From positions 2,997 through 66,996 of the forward strand of contig JAFDAI010000005.1 in assembly GCA_019313905.1 (NCBI GenBank): DNA of 64,000 nt. Reading direction: 5' to 3'. The notes beneath the pieces were generated by a model, which saw only the letters and a program-made list of their open reading frames with translations, did no database searches and was not told where the DNA came from. The position numbers and the translations under genes were made by a program. This DNA is from Deltaproteobacteria bacterium (lineage in GTDB: Bacteria > Desulfobacterota > Syntrophia > Syntrophales > UBA2210). How positions within the stretch are numbered: position 1 is the stretch's first letter; each line of letters opens with the position of its first letter. Shown here piece after piece: positions 10,658-22,138 of the stretch.

Positions 10658-11532
10658 TACCAGATCAGACCATAATCGGTCATAATCTGCTTCAATTTCC
10701 CATAAGTTACATCGGACATCCTGCAAAGCGGAAGCCTTACTTCATATTCTATCTTGCCCATCATTGCCAGGGCGGCCTTTACCGGGACAGGGTTGGTTTC
10801 CAGAAAACACGCGTCCATCACCGGCCGCATCCTGTAGTGAAACTCTCTGGCCTTATCCGGGCGGCCCTCATCAAAAGCATCTACCATGGCTGCCATATCT
10901 TCAGGAATAATATTGGATACAACGGAGATAACCCCCCTGCCCCCCACCGCGAGAATGGGCAGGACTGTAAAGTCATCGCCTGACAGGACAACAAAGTCGT
11001 CGGAGCAGAGTTCCACGATCTTGCTTATCTGTTTCAGGTCACCCGATGCCTCCTTTATGCCTGCAATATTGCTGATTTTTGAAAGTCTGGCGTCGGTTTC
11101 CGGCAGGAGATTAATCCCTGTTCTGCCGGGCACATTATAGAGAACAATCGGCACAGGGACGGCTTCCGCCACGGCTTTGTAGTGTTGATAAAGCCCTTCC
11201 TGTGTAGGCTTGTTATAGTATGGAGTAACCAGTAATGTACCATCCACTCCCGCTTCGTACGCATGTCTGGTAAGTCTTATGGCCTCGGTTGTGTTGTTGG
11301 ACCCGGTCCCCGCAATCACAGGGACCCTCTTTCTGACGGCATCTACTGTAATCTCAATAACCCTGTCGTGTTCTTCATGGGACAGCGTCGCGCTCTCTCC
11401 CGTAGTACCGCAGGGAACAATGCCATCAGTTCCAGATTTTATCTGGAATTCGATAAGCTCCCTCAACGCCTCTTCATCCACCTTTCCATCCTTGAATGGT
11501 GTTACAATTGCGACTATTGATCCTCTAAACAT
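10657..11532 (-). CDS. dapA: 4-hydroxy-tetrahydrodipicolinate synthase
   Basis: GTTGES, PYYNKP, YNVPGRTG, IKEASG. Confidence 0.96.
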   Translation of the reverse strand: MFRGSIVAIVTPFKDGKVDEEALRELIEFQIKSGTDGIVPCGTTGESATLSHEEHDRVIEITVDAVRKRVPVIAGTGSNNTTEAIRLTRHAYEAGVDGTLLVTPYYNKPTQEGLYQHYKAVAEAVPVPIVLYNVPGRTGINLLPETDARLSKISNIAGIKEASGDLKQISKIVELCSDDFVVLSGDDFTVLPILAVGGRGVISVVSNIIPEDMAAMVDAFDEGRPDKAREFHYRMRPVMDACFLETNPVPVKAALAMMGKIEYEVRLPLCRMSDVTYGKLKQIMTDYGLIW

Positions 11533-11603
11533 AATCTTTCCTCCTGTGAAGATTTACCTGACCGGTTTAAAATCAGTTTATCCGTTTAACGCCAAAGCCT
11601 TTC

Positions 11604-12860
11604 CTATTGCAGAAAATCCGGAACATTTTCGCCTCTTGTCAGCTCTGTCCGGGTTTCTCTGGATCTTATCACATAAAACTCCCCGTCTCTGACAAGCACC
11701 TCCGGACTTCTCGGCCTTGAGTTGTAATTTGAAGACATGGAGTAACCATACGCGCCAGCACTCATGACAGCTATGAGTTCCCCCCTTTCCAGTTCGGGAA
11801 TAACCCTGCTCCTGGCAAGATAGTCGCCCGACTCACAAATGGGACCAACCACGTCAGATAACGTATCCTCTCGTTCTTTCAGCTCAACAGGCTGGACTTT
11901 ATGATACGAGTCATACAGGCTGGGCCTTGCCAGGTCATTCATCCCCGCGTCAACAATGACAAACTTCTTTCCAGCATTGGTCTTTGTATAAAGTACTTCG
12001 GAAACCAGGATGCCCGCGTTTCCCACGATTACTCTTCCCGGTTCAAATATGAATGTACAATCAATGTCTCTCACCCTGTCCATAATGGCCTTCGCGTAAT
12101 CCTGCGGATGAGGCGGGGTTTCATCATCATAGGTGATCCCCAGGCCTCCGCCCAGATCCAGATACTCGATGCTTATGCCTTCATTTCTGAGAGAGGATAT
12201 CAGCTCTTTCAGGCGATCCAGTGCGTCAATAAAGGGGGAAATCTCTGTAATCTGTGATCCTATATGGCAATCCACTCCTATGATCTCTATATGATCCAGT
12301 TTCCTGGCACGCCGGTACTCGTCCAGAGATTTTTCAATATCTATTCCGAACTTATTTTCCTTCATGCCGGTGGATATATGGGGATGTGTCATGGGATCCA
12401 CATCGGGATTCACACGCAGCGATATTCTTGCCACCCTGTCCATCTTTCCAGCGCATGCATTTATTACCTCAAGCTCCTGGGAAGACTCGATATTAAACAT
12501 AAGTATGTCGCTCTCCAGCGCATATCTTATCTCTTCCTCTCTTTTTCCGACTCCGGAATAGACTATCTTTCGTGGATCAGCCCCCGCTTCAAGAACCCTG
12601 TAGAGTTCTCCTCCGGAGACAATGTCCATACCGCTTCCTTCATTTATAAATATCTTGAGGATAGCCGCATTGGAATTGGCCTTCGCGGAAAAACAGACAA
12701 TATGGGGGATATCATCAAATGCCGAGTCAAAAACCTTAAAATGCCTCTTGAGCGTCTTGTGGCTGTAAAGATAAAAAGGTGTTCCCACAGCCTTCGCCAC
12801 TTCAGCAACAGGAACATCCTCACACCAGAGTTTGTTGTCTACGTAATGGAAATAATTCAT
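11604..12860 (-). CDS. lysA: Diaminopimelate decarboxylase
   Basis: AKANSN (PLP Lys), HIGSQ, EPGR, GPICESGD, GAYG. Confidence 0.96.
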   Translation of the reverse strand: MNYFHYVDNKLWCEDVPVAEVAKAVGTPFYLYSHKTLKRHFKVFDSAFDDIPHIVCFSAKANSNAAILKIFINEGSGMDIVSGGELYRVLEAGADPRKIVYSGVGKREEEIRYALESDILMFNIESSQELEVINACAGKMDRVARISLRVNPDVDPMTHPHISTGMKENKFGIDIEKSLDEYRRARKLDHIEIIGVDCHIGSQITEISPFIDALDRLKELISSLRNEGISIEYLDLGGGLGITYDDETPPHPQDYAKAIMDRVRDIDCTFIFEPGRVIVGNAGILVSEVLYTKTNAGKKFVIVDAGMNDLARPSLYDSYHKVQPVELKEREDTLSDVVGPICESGDYLARSRVIPELERGELIAVMSAGAYGYSMSSNYNSRPRSPEVLVRDGEFYVIRSRETRTELTRGENVPDFLQ

Positions 12861-12899
12861 AATATATCGGTTTCGGGTTTTAAGTCCCGATCTTCAGGT

Positions 12900-13346
12900 T
12901 CAGGGTATTTCTATCTGGGCGGTATTGGATTCCCCTCCACACATACCCGTTGAATCGCATATCACAACCCTGTAAGAATAGAGAAAACCCTTTCTTATAT
13001 TTCGCTCCAGGTATACAAACCTCCCCTTTTCATCCAGTCTTAGATCACGAAGTGGAAAGTATCCCACAATAACATATATACGCGGACAATGCGGACAACT
13101 ATTATCATCCGCTTTCAACGCGCTCTTCAAAATCCTGACATGATCCGCATGTCCACGCTCTCCGGGAATGCTCCATTTCAGAACGGCTCCATCTTTGTCA
13201 ATAGACACATCAAGGTCTGAAACTGTTTCGGGATAGTTGACGTGGAGGTAACGCGGATCGGCCTTTTTCCCACAACCGGAGCAGAATATCGACAGAAAAA
13301 ATGCCGTCATTATCAAGATTGCCCATAAGTTATTCCTTTTCATCAT
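12900..13346 (-). CDS. Lipoprotein (LptM/YifL-like N-terminus plus beta domain with CxxC)
   Basis: Signal peptide ending FCSG-C, then CGKKADP; CPHCP; sits between argH and lysA. Confidence 0.7.
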   Translation of the reverse strand: MMKRNNLWAILIMTAFFLSIFCSGCGKKADPRYLHVNYPETVSDLDVSIDKDGAVLKWSIPGERGHADHVRILKSALKADDNSCPHCPRIYVIVGYFPLRDLRLDEKGRFVYLERNIRKGFLYSYRVVICDSTGMCGGESNTAQIEIP

Positions 13347-13356
13347 ACGCGCACCC

Positions 13357-14742
13357 CTATGCCGGTTTGTTGGACTCTATTTCTTCTATTCTTTTTAATA
13401 CCGCTTCCCCGGCAGTTCCACCGGGAACATTCCTTGCGCCAACTGAACCATCCACACTCATGCAGGCATAGATATCATCATCAGCATCCTTCCAGAAAAG
13501 GCGAATCTCCTCTATGTCAAGCGATTGCATATCCTTCTGCTTTTCAATGCAATATCCGACAAGGCGTCCCACTATGCCGTGCGCCTCTCTGAATGGAATT
13601 CCCTTCATTACCAGATAATCGGCCACATCAGTCGCCGTGGAAAAGCCTCCCGCGGCGCTCTCCAGCATCCTGCTCCTGTTGAATTTCAGATTTTCAGTCA
13701 TATCCGAAAGAACTGCAAGGCAGGCCTTTACAGTGTCAACCGCGTCAAACAGAGATTCCTTATCCTCCTGAAGATCCCTGTCATACGTCATGGGAAGACC
13801 CTTCATCATGGTCAGTATCGCCATCAGGTCCCCATAGACACGTCCGGTCTTTCCCCTTATCAATTCAGCCACATCCGGATTCTTTTTCTGGGGCATGATA
13901 CTGCTGCCGGTGGTAAACGCATCGGATATATCGACAAACCCGAACTCCCCGCCGGACCAGATAACAAGGTCCTCACAGAAACGGCTCATATGCATCATTA
14001 TCAGGCTTGCATCGAAAATAAACTCCGCGACAAAATCTCTGTCTGAAACAGCGTCCATGCTGTTTCTTGAAATCCCGGGAAAACCAAGTAATCCGGCTAC
14101 ATATTCCCGGTCTATTGGGAATCCTGTGCCTGCCAGGGCCGCTGACCCCAGAGGCATGACATTTACCCTCTCCCTGCACTCCTTCAGGCGGCTCACATCC
14201 CTGTCCAGCATCTCCCAATAGGCAAGAAGGTAGTGGGCCAGAAGCACCGGCTGTGCCTTCTGCAGATGCGTGTAACCGGGCAGTATGGTATCAATCTCCC
14301 TCTTCGCCACATCAACGAGAGATGCCTGAAGTTCCGCCAGAAGGTCAAGAATATTTTTCACCTCATCCCGGAGATAAAGCCTCATATCAAGAGATATCTG
14401 ATCGTTTCTGCTTCTCGCGGTGTGAAGTCTGCCCCCTACCTCTCCAACGCGATCTATCAGTGATTTTTCTATGGCCATGTGTATATCTTCCAGATCGGAA
14501 GAGTAAGAAAATTCACCCTTTTCCATACTCTGCAGGATATCCTGAAGACCGGATATTATCTTTTCGGCATCTTCGGAAAAGATAATCCCCTGCGCGGCAA
14601 GCATACGGCAATGCGCAATGCTCCCCTCAATATCATAAGGATACAATCTTTTATCGAAATGAAGAGAGGATGTGAATTTCTCCACTCTTTTATCAGTGGG
14701 TTCGGAGAATCGCCCTCCCCACGGTTTCTTCTGTCTGGTCAT
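13357..14742 (-). CDS. argH: Argininosuccinate lyase
   Basis: WGGRF, HTARSRNDQ, GSSIMPQKKNPD. Confidence 0.97.
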   Translation of the reverse strand: MTRQKKPWGGRFSEPTDKRVEKFTSSLHFDKRLYPYDIEGSIAHCRMLAAQGIIFSEDAEKIISGLQDILQSMEKGEFSYSSDLEDIHMAIEKSLIDRVGEVGGRLHTARSRNDQISLDMRLYLRDEVKNILDLLAELQASLVDVAKREIDTILPGYTHLQKAQPVLLAHYLLAYWEMLDRDVSRLKECRERVNVMPLGSAALAGTGFPIDREYVAGLLGFPGISRNSMDAVSDRDFVAEFIFDASLIMMHMSRFCEDLVIWSGGEFGFVDISDAFTTGSSIMPQKKNPDVAELIRGKTGRVYGDLMAILTMMKGLPMTYDRDLQEDKESLFDAVDTVKACLAVLSDMTENLKFNRSRMLESAAGGFSTATDVADYLVMKGIPFREAHGIVGRLVGYCIEKQKDMQSLDIEEIRLFWKDADDDIYACMSVDGSVGARNVPGGTAGEAVLKRIEEIESNKPA

Positions 14743-14758
14743 AGGCCAATCCTGTTTA

Positions 14759-15967
14759 TTATTTCTTTAGCAACGCCTGCATTTTCAGTCTGAGCGCATT
14801 CAGCCTGATAAAACCGGTGGCGTCCTTCTGGTTATAGACCTCATCCTTTTCAAAGGTGGCCAGGTCCTCACTGTAGAGTGATACAGGCGCTTTGACGCCC
14901 ACCGGCATACAGTTCCCCTTGTATAGTTTAAGGCGGACTGTTCCGGTAACATCCTTCTGTGACTCATCCACCATCTTCTGTAGCATTTCTCTTTCAGGAG
15001 AGTACCAGAAACCGTTGTATATGATCTGCGCGTACCTCGGCATGATTGAATCTCTTATAAGCATGACCTCTCTGTCCATGGTGATTGTTTCCATCGCCCG
15101 GTGAGCGGACCACAGTGCGGTGCCGCCCGGCGTTTCATAGATTCCCCTTGATTTCATGCCCACAAACCGGTTTTCCACCATATCCACCCTGCCGATACCA
15201 TTTTCTCCCGCGAGCGTGTTCATGTGATCCAAGAGCTGCGCAGGTCTCATCTCTTCCCCGTCAACAGCCACTGGGGTTCCCTTTTCAAAGGTAATTTCCA
15301 CATATGTCGCACGATCGGGCGCATTTTCAGGAGACACGCTCATCACAAAAATGTCTTCCGGCGGCTCCACCCACAGATCTTCAAGGAGTCCTCCTTCATG
15401 AGAGATATGCAGAAGATTTCTGTCTTCACTGTAGGGGCTTTTCTTTGTTGATTTTATAGGAATGTTGTACCTCTCCGCGTAATCTATCATGGATTCCCTT
15501 GAATTTAAGCTCCAGTTTTCATCTTTCCAGGCCGATATAATCTTTATATCTGGATCAAGAGCCATGTAGGTCATCTCAAATCTCACCTGGTCGTTGCCTT
15601 TACCAGTAGCACCGTGACAGACGGCATCCGCACCCTCTTTGTGCGCGATCTCAATCTGCCTTCTGGCCACTATCGGCCTGGCGAGAGAGGTGCCAAGAAG
15701 ATACGTTCCCTCATATACCGCATTGGCTTTCAGAGCTGGAAATACAAAATCCCTTACGAATTCATCTTTCAAATCTTCCACATACGCCTTGACCGCACCT
15801 GTGGCAAGCGCTTTTTCCTCCAGACCTTCAAGTTCCTGCTTCTGTCCAACATCTCCGGTAAGTGTAATAACTTCACACCCATACGTTTCAATCAACCATC
15901 TGATAATCACGGAGGAATCAAGCCCCCCGGAATACGCCAAAACCACCTTCTTTATCTTGCTGTTCAC
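14759..15967 (-). CDS. argG: Argininosuccinate synthase
   Basis: [33 protein letters not shown]. Confidence 0.97.
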   Translation of the reverse strand: MNSKIKKVVLAYSGGLDSSVIIRWLIETYGCEVITLTGDVGQKQELEGLEEKALATGAVKAYVEDLKDEFVRDFVFPALKANAVYEGTYLLGTSLARPIVARRQIEIAHKEGADAVCHGATGKGNDQVRFEMTYMALDPDIKIISAWKDENWSLNSRESMIDYAERYNIPIKSTKKSPYSEDRNLLHISHEGGLLEDLWVEPPEDIFVMSVSPENAPDRATYVEITFEKGTPVAVDGEEMRPAQLLDHMNTLAGENGIGRVDMVENRFVGMKSRGIYETPGGTALWSAHRAMETITMDREVMLIRDSIMPRYAQIIYNGFWYSPEREMLQKMVDESQKDVTGTVRLKLYKGNCMPVGVKAPVSLYSEDLATFEKDEVYNQKDATGFIRLNALRLKMQALLKK

Positions 15968-16890
15968 TTCTCATCTCCTCCAGTCATAAGTATCTCCATA
16001 ATCGCCTTCTGTACATGCAGGCGGTTTTCCGCCTGATCAATAATTACAGACTGCGGTCCATCTATCACACTTGCTGCTATCTCTTCCCCGCGGTGCGCGG
16101 GCAGGCAGTGCATAATGATGGCATCATCCTTCGCACAACCGACCAGTTTTTCATCTACCTGATAATCCCGGAACGCCGCCACCCTCTCTTCCTGTTCATC
16201 TTCCTGGCCCATGCTGGCCCACACATCCGTATATATCACGTCGGCGCCGGAGGCCGCATCGGCAGGAATACGCAAGAACTCTATCCCCTCCTTCGACTCC
16301 CCGATCCCTCTCTCCAATATGGCCTCATCGGGATCATACCCTTCAGGACAGGCGATGGCCAGATGAAAGGGAAGCCTGGCCGCGGCATTTATCCAGGAAT
16401 TAGTCATGTTGTTCCCGTCGCCGATATAGGCTATCTTCAGCCCTTCATACCCGCCCTTTTTTTCTATTATGGTGAAGATGTCGCTCAGCACCTGGCATGG
16501 GTGCAGCAGGTCTGTCAATCCGTTAATAACAGGTATTGTGGCATATTTCGCAAATTCTTCGATCAGATCCTGCTCGAATGTCCTTATCATGATACCGTCA
16601 ATGTATCTGGATACTACCCTTGCCGTATCAGCAACAGTCTCTCCCCTCCCAAGCTGTATATCGCGCCGGCTCAGGAATATACCGGTCCCGCCCAGCTGAT
16701 GGATCCCCGCCTCAAAGGACAGCCTTGTCCTTGTGGACGATTTGTCGAACAGCATACCCAGCGTCTTTCCCCTCAGGGAATCATGCACCTCGCCACTGTA
16801 CAACTGGTCTTTCAACTTTTTTGCGGTATTGAATATTCTGTTAAATCCATTGACATCAAGATCATGGATTGTCAGCATATCTTTCTTCAC
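15964..16890 (-). CDS. argF: Ornithine carbamoyltransferase
   Basis: [25 protein letters not shown]. Confidence 0.96.
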   Translation of the reverse strand: MKKDMLTIHDLDVNGFNRIFNTAKKLKDQLYSGEVHDSLRGKTLGMLFDKSSTRTRLSFEAGIHQLGGTGIFLSRRDIQLGRGETVADTARVVSRYIDGIMIRTFEQDLIEEFAKYATIPVINGLTDLLHPCQVLSDIFTIIEKKGGYEGLKIAYIGDGNNMTNSWINAAARLPFHLAIACPEGYDPDEAILERGIGESKEGIEFLRIPADAASGADVIYTDVWASMGQEDEQEERVAAFRDYQVDEKLVGCAKDDAIIMHCLPAHRGEEIAASVIDGPQSVIIDQAENRLHVQKAIMEILMTGGDEK

Positions 16891-18107
16891 AGGTTTCTCA
16901 TCACCTCATCCAGGATATCAACCGCGCGGTCTATATCCCCTTTCGTAATAATCAGTGGAGGAACAAATCGCAGTACGTTGTCACATGTGCAGTTCATGAG
17001 CAATCCCTTATTCATGCACTCATTTACTATATCCGCACCCTTTATGGAAAGTTCCATTCCAAGCATAAGACCTCTTCCCCTGACTTCTTTAATGAAGGTA
17101 TGGTTTTCCTTCAATTCGTCGAGTTTTTCGCGGAAGTAAACACCCATCTTTCTGCAGTTATCCAGTACCCTTCCATACAGCAACTCCTCCATCACAGAGA
17201 TCCCTGCTGCCATAGCGAGCGGGTTTCCTCCAAAAGTGGATGCATGGCTTCCCGGTGTAAGAGATGCCGCCACCTTATCGGTCGCCAGCATGGCCCCAAC
17301 AGGAAAACCATTGCCCAGGGCCTTGGCTAATGTCATGATATCGGGTTTTACACCACTCGCTTCATACGCGAACAGGTTACCCGTGCGTCCCATGCCTGTC
17401 TGGACTTCATCCAGTATCAAAAGAACGCCCCTGTCATCACATATCTTTCTTACACCTTCAAGATATCCCTCCGCTGGAACCTTGATTCCCCCTTCACCCT
17501 GTATGACTTCCACCATAACGGCACAAACATCTTCCGTAACGGCCATTTCAAGTGAGGCAAGATCGTCGAAGGGAACATATCCAAAGCCGCTCGGCAGAGG
17601 ATCAAAGCCTTTTTGAAATTTCTCCTGTCCGGTTGCCGTAACGGTGGCAAGCGTTCGTCCGTGGAAGGAGTCTTTCATGGTCACTATACGATATCTGCCC
17701 TCGTCCATATTTTCATGGGCGTATTTTCGCGCCAGCTTGATGGCCGCTTCGTTTGCTTCCGCCCCGCTGTTACAGAAAAATGCCTTGTCCGCAAAGGAAT
17801 TTTCCACCAGAAGGCGAGCCAGCCTGATCTGCGGTTCAATGTGGTATATATTGGACACATGCATTAGTGTTTCGGCCTGTTTGCAGATTGCCCCGGATAC
17901 TGATGGATTGGCATGGCCAAGGCCGCACACGGCGATCCCCGCCAGGAAATCGAGATACTTCTTTCCATCAGAGTCCCATACATGTACCCCTTCGCCCCTT
18001 ACCAAGACAACCGGCAGGCGCGAGTAAGTGTTCATGATATATCTGCTCGAATTAGAGATAAGCTCTTCTGTTGTCATATTGCCTCTATCCTTCGGGTTAC
18101 GGGTCAT
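16887..18107 (-). CDS. argD: Acetylornithine aminotransferase
   Basis: NSGAEANE, FHGRT, DEVQTGMGRTG, AKALGNG; in arg operon. Confidence 0.93.
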   Translation of the reverse strand: MTRNPKDRGNMTTEELISNSSRYIMNTYSRLPVVLVRGEGVHVWDSDGKKYLDFLAGIAVCGLGHANPSVSGAICKQAETLMHVSNIYHIEPQIRLARLLVENSFADKAFFCNSGAEANEAAIKLARKYAHENMDEGRYRIVTMKDSFHGRTLATVTATGQEKFQKGFDPLPSGFGYVPFDDLASLEMAVTEDVCAVMVEVIQGEGGIKVPAEGYLEGVRKICDDRGVLLILDEVQTGMGRTGNLFAYEASGVKPDIMTLAKALGNGFPVGAMLATDKVAASLTPGSHASTFGGNPLAMAAGISVMEELLYGRVLDNCRKMGVYFREKLDELKENHTFIKEVRGRGLMLGMELSIKGADIVNECMNKGLLMNCTCDNVLRFVPPLIITKGDIDRAVDILDEVMRNL

Positions 18108-18126
18108 TTCTCCCGTCTCCTTTGAT

Positions 18127-19026
18127 TCAGTCTTTCACCACTTCCGTGCCGATACCGCTGTCTGTGAATATCTCCAGAAGAACCGCGTGATCCAGACGTC
18201 CATCAATTATATGAGTTTTCCCCACACCATTCCTGAGGGCCTTTATACAGCATTTTACCTTGGGATACATGCCCCCTCTTATTGTGCCAGCTTCGATCAG
18301 CTCTTCGGCTTCCACATTGTTGATGGAGTTTATCAGCCGATCTTTTTCGTCCAGAATCCCCTCCACATCGGTCAGGAGAATAAGTTTCTCTGCCCCGAGG
18401 GCAGCCGCCACCTCTCCCGCAACTATATCCGCATTTATATTATACGTTTCACCTCCGTCTCCGGCGCCGGTAGGCGCTATAACGGGGATAAATCCATCTA
18501 CTATCAGCGATTCGATGAGTCCGGAGTTAACCTTTCTCACTCTGCCCACCATTCCTATGTCTATTATCTCCGGAGGGGTATCCTTCGCTTTTTCGGTGCT
18601 CAGAATATATTTCTCCGCTTCTATAATGCTCCCATCTTTGCCACTTAACCCGACAGCCCTGCCGCCATGACTGTTGATCAGTCCCACTATTTCTTTGTTT
18701 ACCTTACCTGTAAGAACCATCTCGACTATATCCATAGTTTCTTCGTCCGTCACTCTCATCCCCCTGACGAATTTTGAATCCTTACCCATTTTCTCGAGAA
18801 AAACGCCAATTTGAGGCCCTCCACCATGTACTATTACCGGGTTGATCCCGATATACTTCATCATGACAACGTTCATGGCGAACATCTCTTTCAGATTGTT
18901 ATCCCCCATGGCATGACCACCATATTTGATAACTACTGTCTTGTCATAAAATCGCTTTATATAAGGCAGGACCTCCAGGAGTATGTCCGCTTTTTCCATG
19001 GGGCTTTTCAGATTGTACGAATTCAT
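18127..19026 (-). CDS. argB: Acetylglutamate kinase
   Basis: KYGGHAM, HGGGPQI, NINAD, GGMYPK; start placed after GGAG RBS. Confidence 0.95.
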   Translation of the reverse strand: MNSYNLKSPMEKADILLEVLPYIKRFYDKTVVIKYGGHAMGDNNLKEMFAMNVVMMKYIGINPVIVHGGGPQIGVFLEKMGKDSKFVRGMRVTDEETMDIVEMVLTGKVNKEIVGLINSHGGRAVGLSGKDGSIIEAEKYILSTEKAKDTPPEIIDIGMVGRVRKVNSGLIESLIVDGFIPVIAPTGAGDGGETYNINADIVAGEVAAALGAEKLILLTDVEGILDEKDRLINSINNVEAEELIEAGTIRGGMYPKVKCCIKALRNGVGKTHIIDGRLDHAVLLEIFTDSGIGTEVVKD

Positions 19027-19039
19027 GATTTTAAATCTC

Positions 19040-20452
19040 CTACAAGACATACCTGCTCAGGTCTTCATCTTCGACTACATCCTTCAGCTTATCCTTGACA
19101 TAATCGGCATCAATATTTATTTTTTTCTTCGCAACCGCAATATCCGGTGCGTCAAAAGATATCTCCTCCAAGAGTATCTCCATGACCGTGTAAAGTCTTC
19201 TGGCCCCTATATTTTCCATCTTCCCATTCACAAGCGCCGCTACCTCAGCGATCTCCTCTATGGCGTCGGACTGGAATATAAGGTCTATATCTTCAGTAGC
19301 CATCATCTCTACATACTGTTTTACCAGAGCATTGTGAGGTTCTGTCAGAATCCTTATAAAATCTTCCTTTTCAAGTGAATCAAGTTCTACCCTTATGGGA
19401 AATCTTCCCTGCAGCTCGGGAATAAGATCGGACGGTTTGGAAATACTGAACGCTCCTGCGGCGATAAAGAGTATGTGATCCGTTTTTACCATACCATACT
19501 TGGTATTTACATTGGATCCCTCCACAATGGGAAGGAGGTCTCTCTGCACACCCTCCCTGGACACATCAGGGCCCTGAGAGGAATCACCGCCCACAATCTT
19601 GTCTATTTCGTCAAGGAATATGATTCCCGATTGCTCAACCTTTTCCATCGCCGCCCTGGTGACCTTTTCCATATCGACAAGTCTCTGGGCTTCTTCATCG
19701 GCTAATATGTTTACCGCTTCAGAGACCTTGACTTTTCTTTCTTTCTTCTTCTGCGGAAACATATTTCCGAACATCTCTTTGATGTTCATCCCCATATCCT
19801 CAACGCCGGAGGTGGAAAAAATCTCTATCATGGGGCCGCTTGGGCTGTCCACAACTTCAATCTCTACAGTCCGCTCGTCCAGTTTCCCACTGCGAAACAG
19901 GCGCCGCAGCTTCTCGCGCGTTTCATTATGACGAATATCCTCCTGGACCTTTACATCACTCTCGGGCATATCCAGAAGTGTTCCTTCCGCTCCCGCTTCT
20001 GTTGCCTCTGTCTGTCCCTGATCCTTGCGCTTAAGGGGAAGGAGAATGTCAAGTATCCTCTCCTCGGCAAGTTCCATCGCTTTTGCCTTTACATTCTCCT
20101 GCTCCTCCGATTTAGCCATGTTTATTGCCAGCTCTACAAGGTCCCTGACCATTGACTCAACATCCCTGCCCACATAACCCACCTCTGTAAATTTGGAGGC
20201 CTCTATCTTCAGAAAGGGAGATTTATCAAGTTTGGCAAGCCTGCGCGCAATTTCCGTCTTTCCCACTCCCGTAGGACCTATCATTATGATATTTTTGGGT
20301 GCTATCTCTTCCCTGAGTTCTTCTGGTACATTCTGACGCCTCCACCTGTTCCGGAGGGCCACGGCAACCGCCCTCTTGGCGTCATGTTGCCCTATAATAT
20401 ACTTGTCCAGCTGGGACACAGTCTCTCTCGGTGTCAAATTCGTGGATGACAT
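19040..20452 (-). CDS. hslU: ATP-dependent protease ATPase subunit HslU
   Basis: [38 protein letters not shown]. Confidence 0.97.
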   Translation of the reverse strand: MSSTNLTPRETVSQLDKYIIGQHDAKRAVAVALRNRWRRQNVPEELREEIAPKNIIMIGPTGVGKTEIARRLAKLDKSPFLKIEASKFTEVGYVGRDVESMVRDLVELAINMAKSEEQENVKAKAMELAEERILDILLPLKRKDQGQTEATEAGAEGTLLDMPESDVKVQEDIRHNETREKLRRLFRSGKLDERTVEIEVVDSPSGPMIEIFSTSGVEDMGMNIKEMFGNMFPQKKKERKVKVSEAVNILADEEAQRLVDMEKVTRAAMEKVEQSGIIFLDEIDKIVGGDSSQGPDVSREGVQRDLLPIVEGSNVNTKYGMVKTDHILFIAAGAFSISKPSDLIPELQGRFPIRVELDSLEKEDFIRILTEPHNALVKQYVEMMATEDIDLIFQSDAIEEIAEVAALVNGKMENIGARRLYTVMEILLEEISFDAPDIAVAKKKINIDADYVKDKLKDVVEDEDLSRYVL

Positions 20453-20487
20453 AAAGTTTCTACTCCTTGATTCTCAATGGTTAATTC

Positions 20488-20682
20488 TGACGTTATCGTA
20501 AAAAGTCTTTTCGTAGCGAATCCAAGCATTTTGGGGAAAAGATGCCGGCAGTGCCTGGCGTTAAGAAAATCTAACTGTTTGATCCCGCAGAAGGCGGGAG
20601 AGTTTTAGATTTTTAGCCAGGCGATGACAGTATTCCCAAAATGGTTTTGAGCGAAGAAAACCGACTTTTTACGACTGTATCA
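20488..20682. mobile_element. MITE-like element with terminal inverted repeats and internal palindrome
   Basis: Ends TGACGTTATCGTAAAAAGTC / GACTTTTTACGACTGTATCA (perfect core TCGTAAAAAGTC); nested inverted arms (CATTTTGGG/CCCAAAATG, GCCTGGC/GCCAGGC, AAAATCTAA/TTAGATTTT); related ends at 46079-46223. Confidence 0.7.
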
Positions 20683-20693
20683 ATTTTCAATGT

Positions 20694-21251
20694 TTAATTC
20701 TGAGTTGCCTCAACTACATCCAGTTCCTCTATTTTTACCCTGTCGTTCGTGAATATACATATATCAGCAGCTATGCGCATGGCCTCTTCGACAATCTCTT
20801 TCGCGTTCAGTGTAGAGTGCCCGATAAGCGCCCTTGCCGCTGCCTGGGCATATGGGCCGCCCGAACCTATTGCCAGGACCTCATCGTCCGATTCTATCAC
20901 ATCTCCATTACCTGATATTATAAGAAAATCCACGTCACTGACTGCTATCATCAGGGCTTCAAGGTGTCGCAAAACCCTGTCTGTTCTCCAATCCTTGGTC
21001 AGTTCAACCGCGGCCCTCAAAAGATTGCCGCCATACTGTTCCAGTTTCTGGTCGAACCTGTCAAAAAGGGTAAACGCGTCCGCTGTCGCACCTGCGAAAC
21101 CTACGATTACCTTGTCATGATACAACCTCCGAACTTTTCTGGCATTGTGCTTCAGGGCTATCGTATCAAGGGTCACCTGACCGTCACCAGCGACGGCCAC
21201 TTTTCCCTTGTGCTTCACTGCTACTATGGTTGTTCCTCTCATCTTATTCAT
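20694..21251 (-). CDS. hslV: ATP-dependent protease peptidase subunit HslV
   Basis: [27 protein letters not shown]. Confidence 0.97.
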   Translation of the reverse strand: MNKMRGTTIVAVKHKGKVAVAGDGQVTLDTIALKHNARKVRRLYHDKVIVGFAGATADAFTLFDRFDQKLEQYGGNLLRAAVELTKDWRTDRVLRHLEALMIAVSDVDFLIISGNGDVIESDDEVLAIGSGGPYAQAAARALIGHSTLNAKEIVEEAMRIAADICIFTNDRVKIEELDVVEATQN

Positions 21252-22097
21252 GACTTTTGTTCTCCTCCGGCCCTCGGGTGGCTCCTGTCATATACCTCCA
21301 TCAATCTTGTCACGCTGACGGATGTGTACTTCTGGGTGGTGGAAAGGCTTTCATGCCCCAACAGTTCCTGTATGACTCTCAGATCGGCGCCTGCATCCAT
21401 GAGATGGGTCGCAAATGTGTGTCTGAGCGCGTGAGGACTTATCTTTCTGCCGATACCACTCAGGGTTATATACTTGTCTATAATTCTTCTTACACTCCTG
21501 GGAGTCAGCCTCGAACCGGACCTGTTCAGAAAAAGAGGTGATCCGGTATAACTCCCGTCCTTGTTTAACTATCCTTTCTTTTCTGCCTTTTCCCCTGACC
21601 TTCACCAGACTATTCGAAAAATCGACGTCGGCTACATTCAAACCAGTGAGTTCACCAACACGCACACCGGCTGAATACAGGAATTCGATTATGGCCCTGT
21701 CCCGCAGCCCTGATACATCCGATTCGAACTTAACTCCCAGAAGAGAGAATACTTCGTCTATACTCAGAAAGGAGGGAAGATATTTGTCCGCCTTCGGCGC
21801 CTGGACCATCTGAGCGGGATTATACCTGATTTTTCCTTCCCGAAGAAGAAATTTAAAGAACGCCCTGAGACTGGCCACTTTTCTCGACACAGTAGCCTTT
21901 TTTATCCTCCCGCGGTAGAGAGACGCAAGAAACGCTCTTATCACCGTCTGGTCAACATCGGCGGGCTTGTCCACCCCGTTCTTCAGAAGAAATTCTCTGA
22001 ACTGTCTCAGGTCGGACAGATAGTTCCTTTTTGTATGATAAGACAGGTTTCTTTCAACATCAATGTGAACACCAAAATCTCTGACGGCATCCTCCAT
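21248..22097 (-). pseudogene. xerC: Tyrosine recombinase XerC, interrupted by an internal deletion plus frameshift near 21567
   Basis: First frame: RDRAIIEFLYSAGVRVGEL...GKGRKERIV; second frame continues [12 protein letters not shown]...[13 protein letters not shown]...[16 protein letters not shown] to a stop overlapping the hslV ATG. Confidence 0.85.
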
Positions 22098-22138
22098 CCG
22101 AACATACCCTTCAGTCACCCTTCAAATCCGCTTTCCGG

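Noticed and set aside
16015-17139. 374-aa plus-strand ORF
   Set aside because: Antisense to argF/argD; codon-bias artefact
21560-21575. Programmed ribosomal frameshift in xerC
   Set aside because: Conserved coding sequence is missing, so a frameshift alone would not restore the protein
21351-22118. Tyrosine recombinase as a prophage or island integrase
   Set aside because: Sequence and xerC-hslV-hslU-argB context indicate housekeeping XerC; no att sites or phage genes
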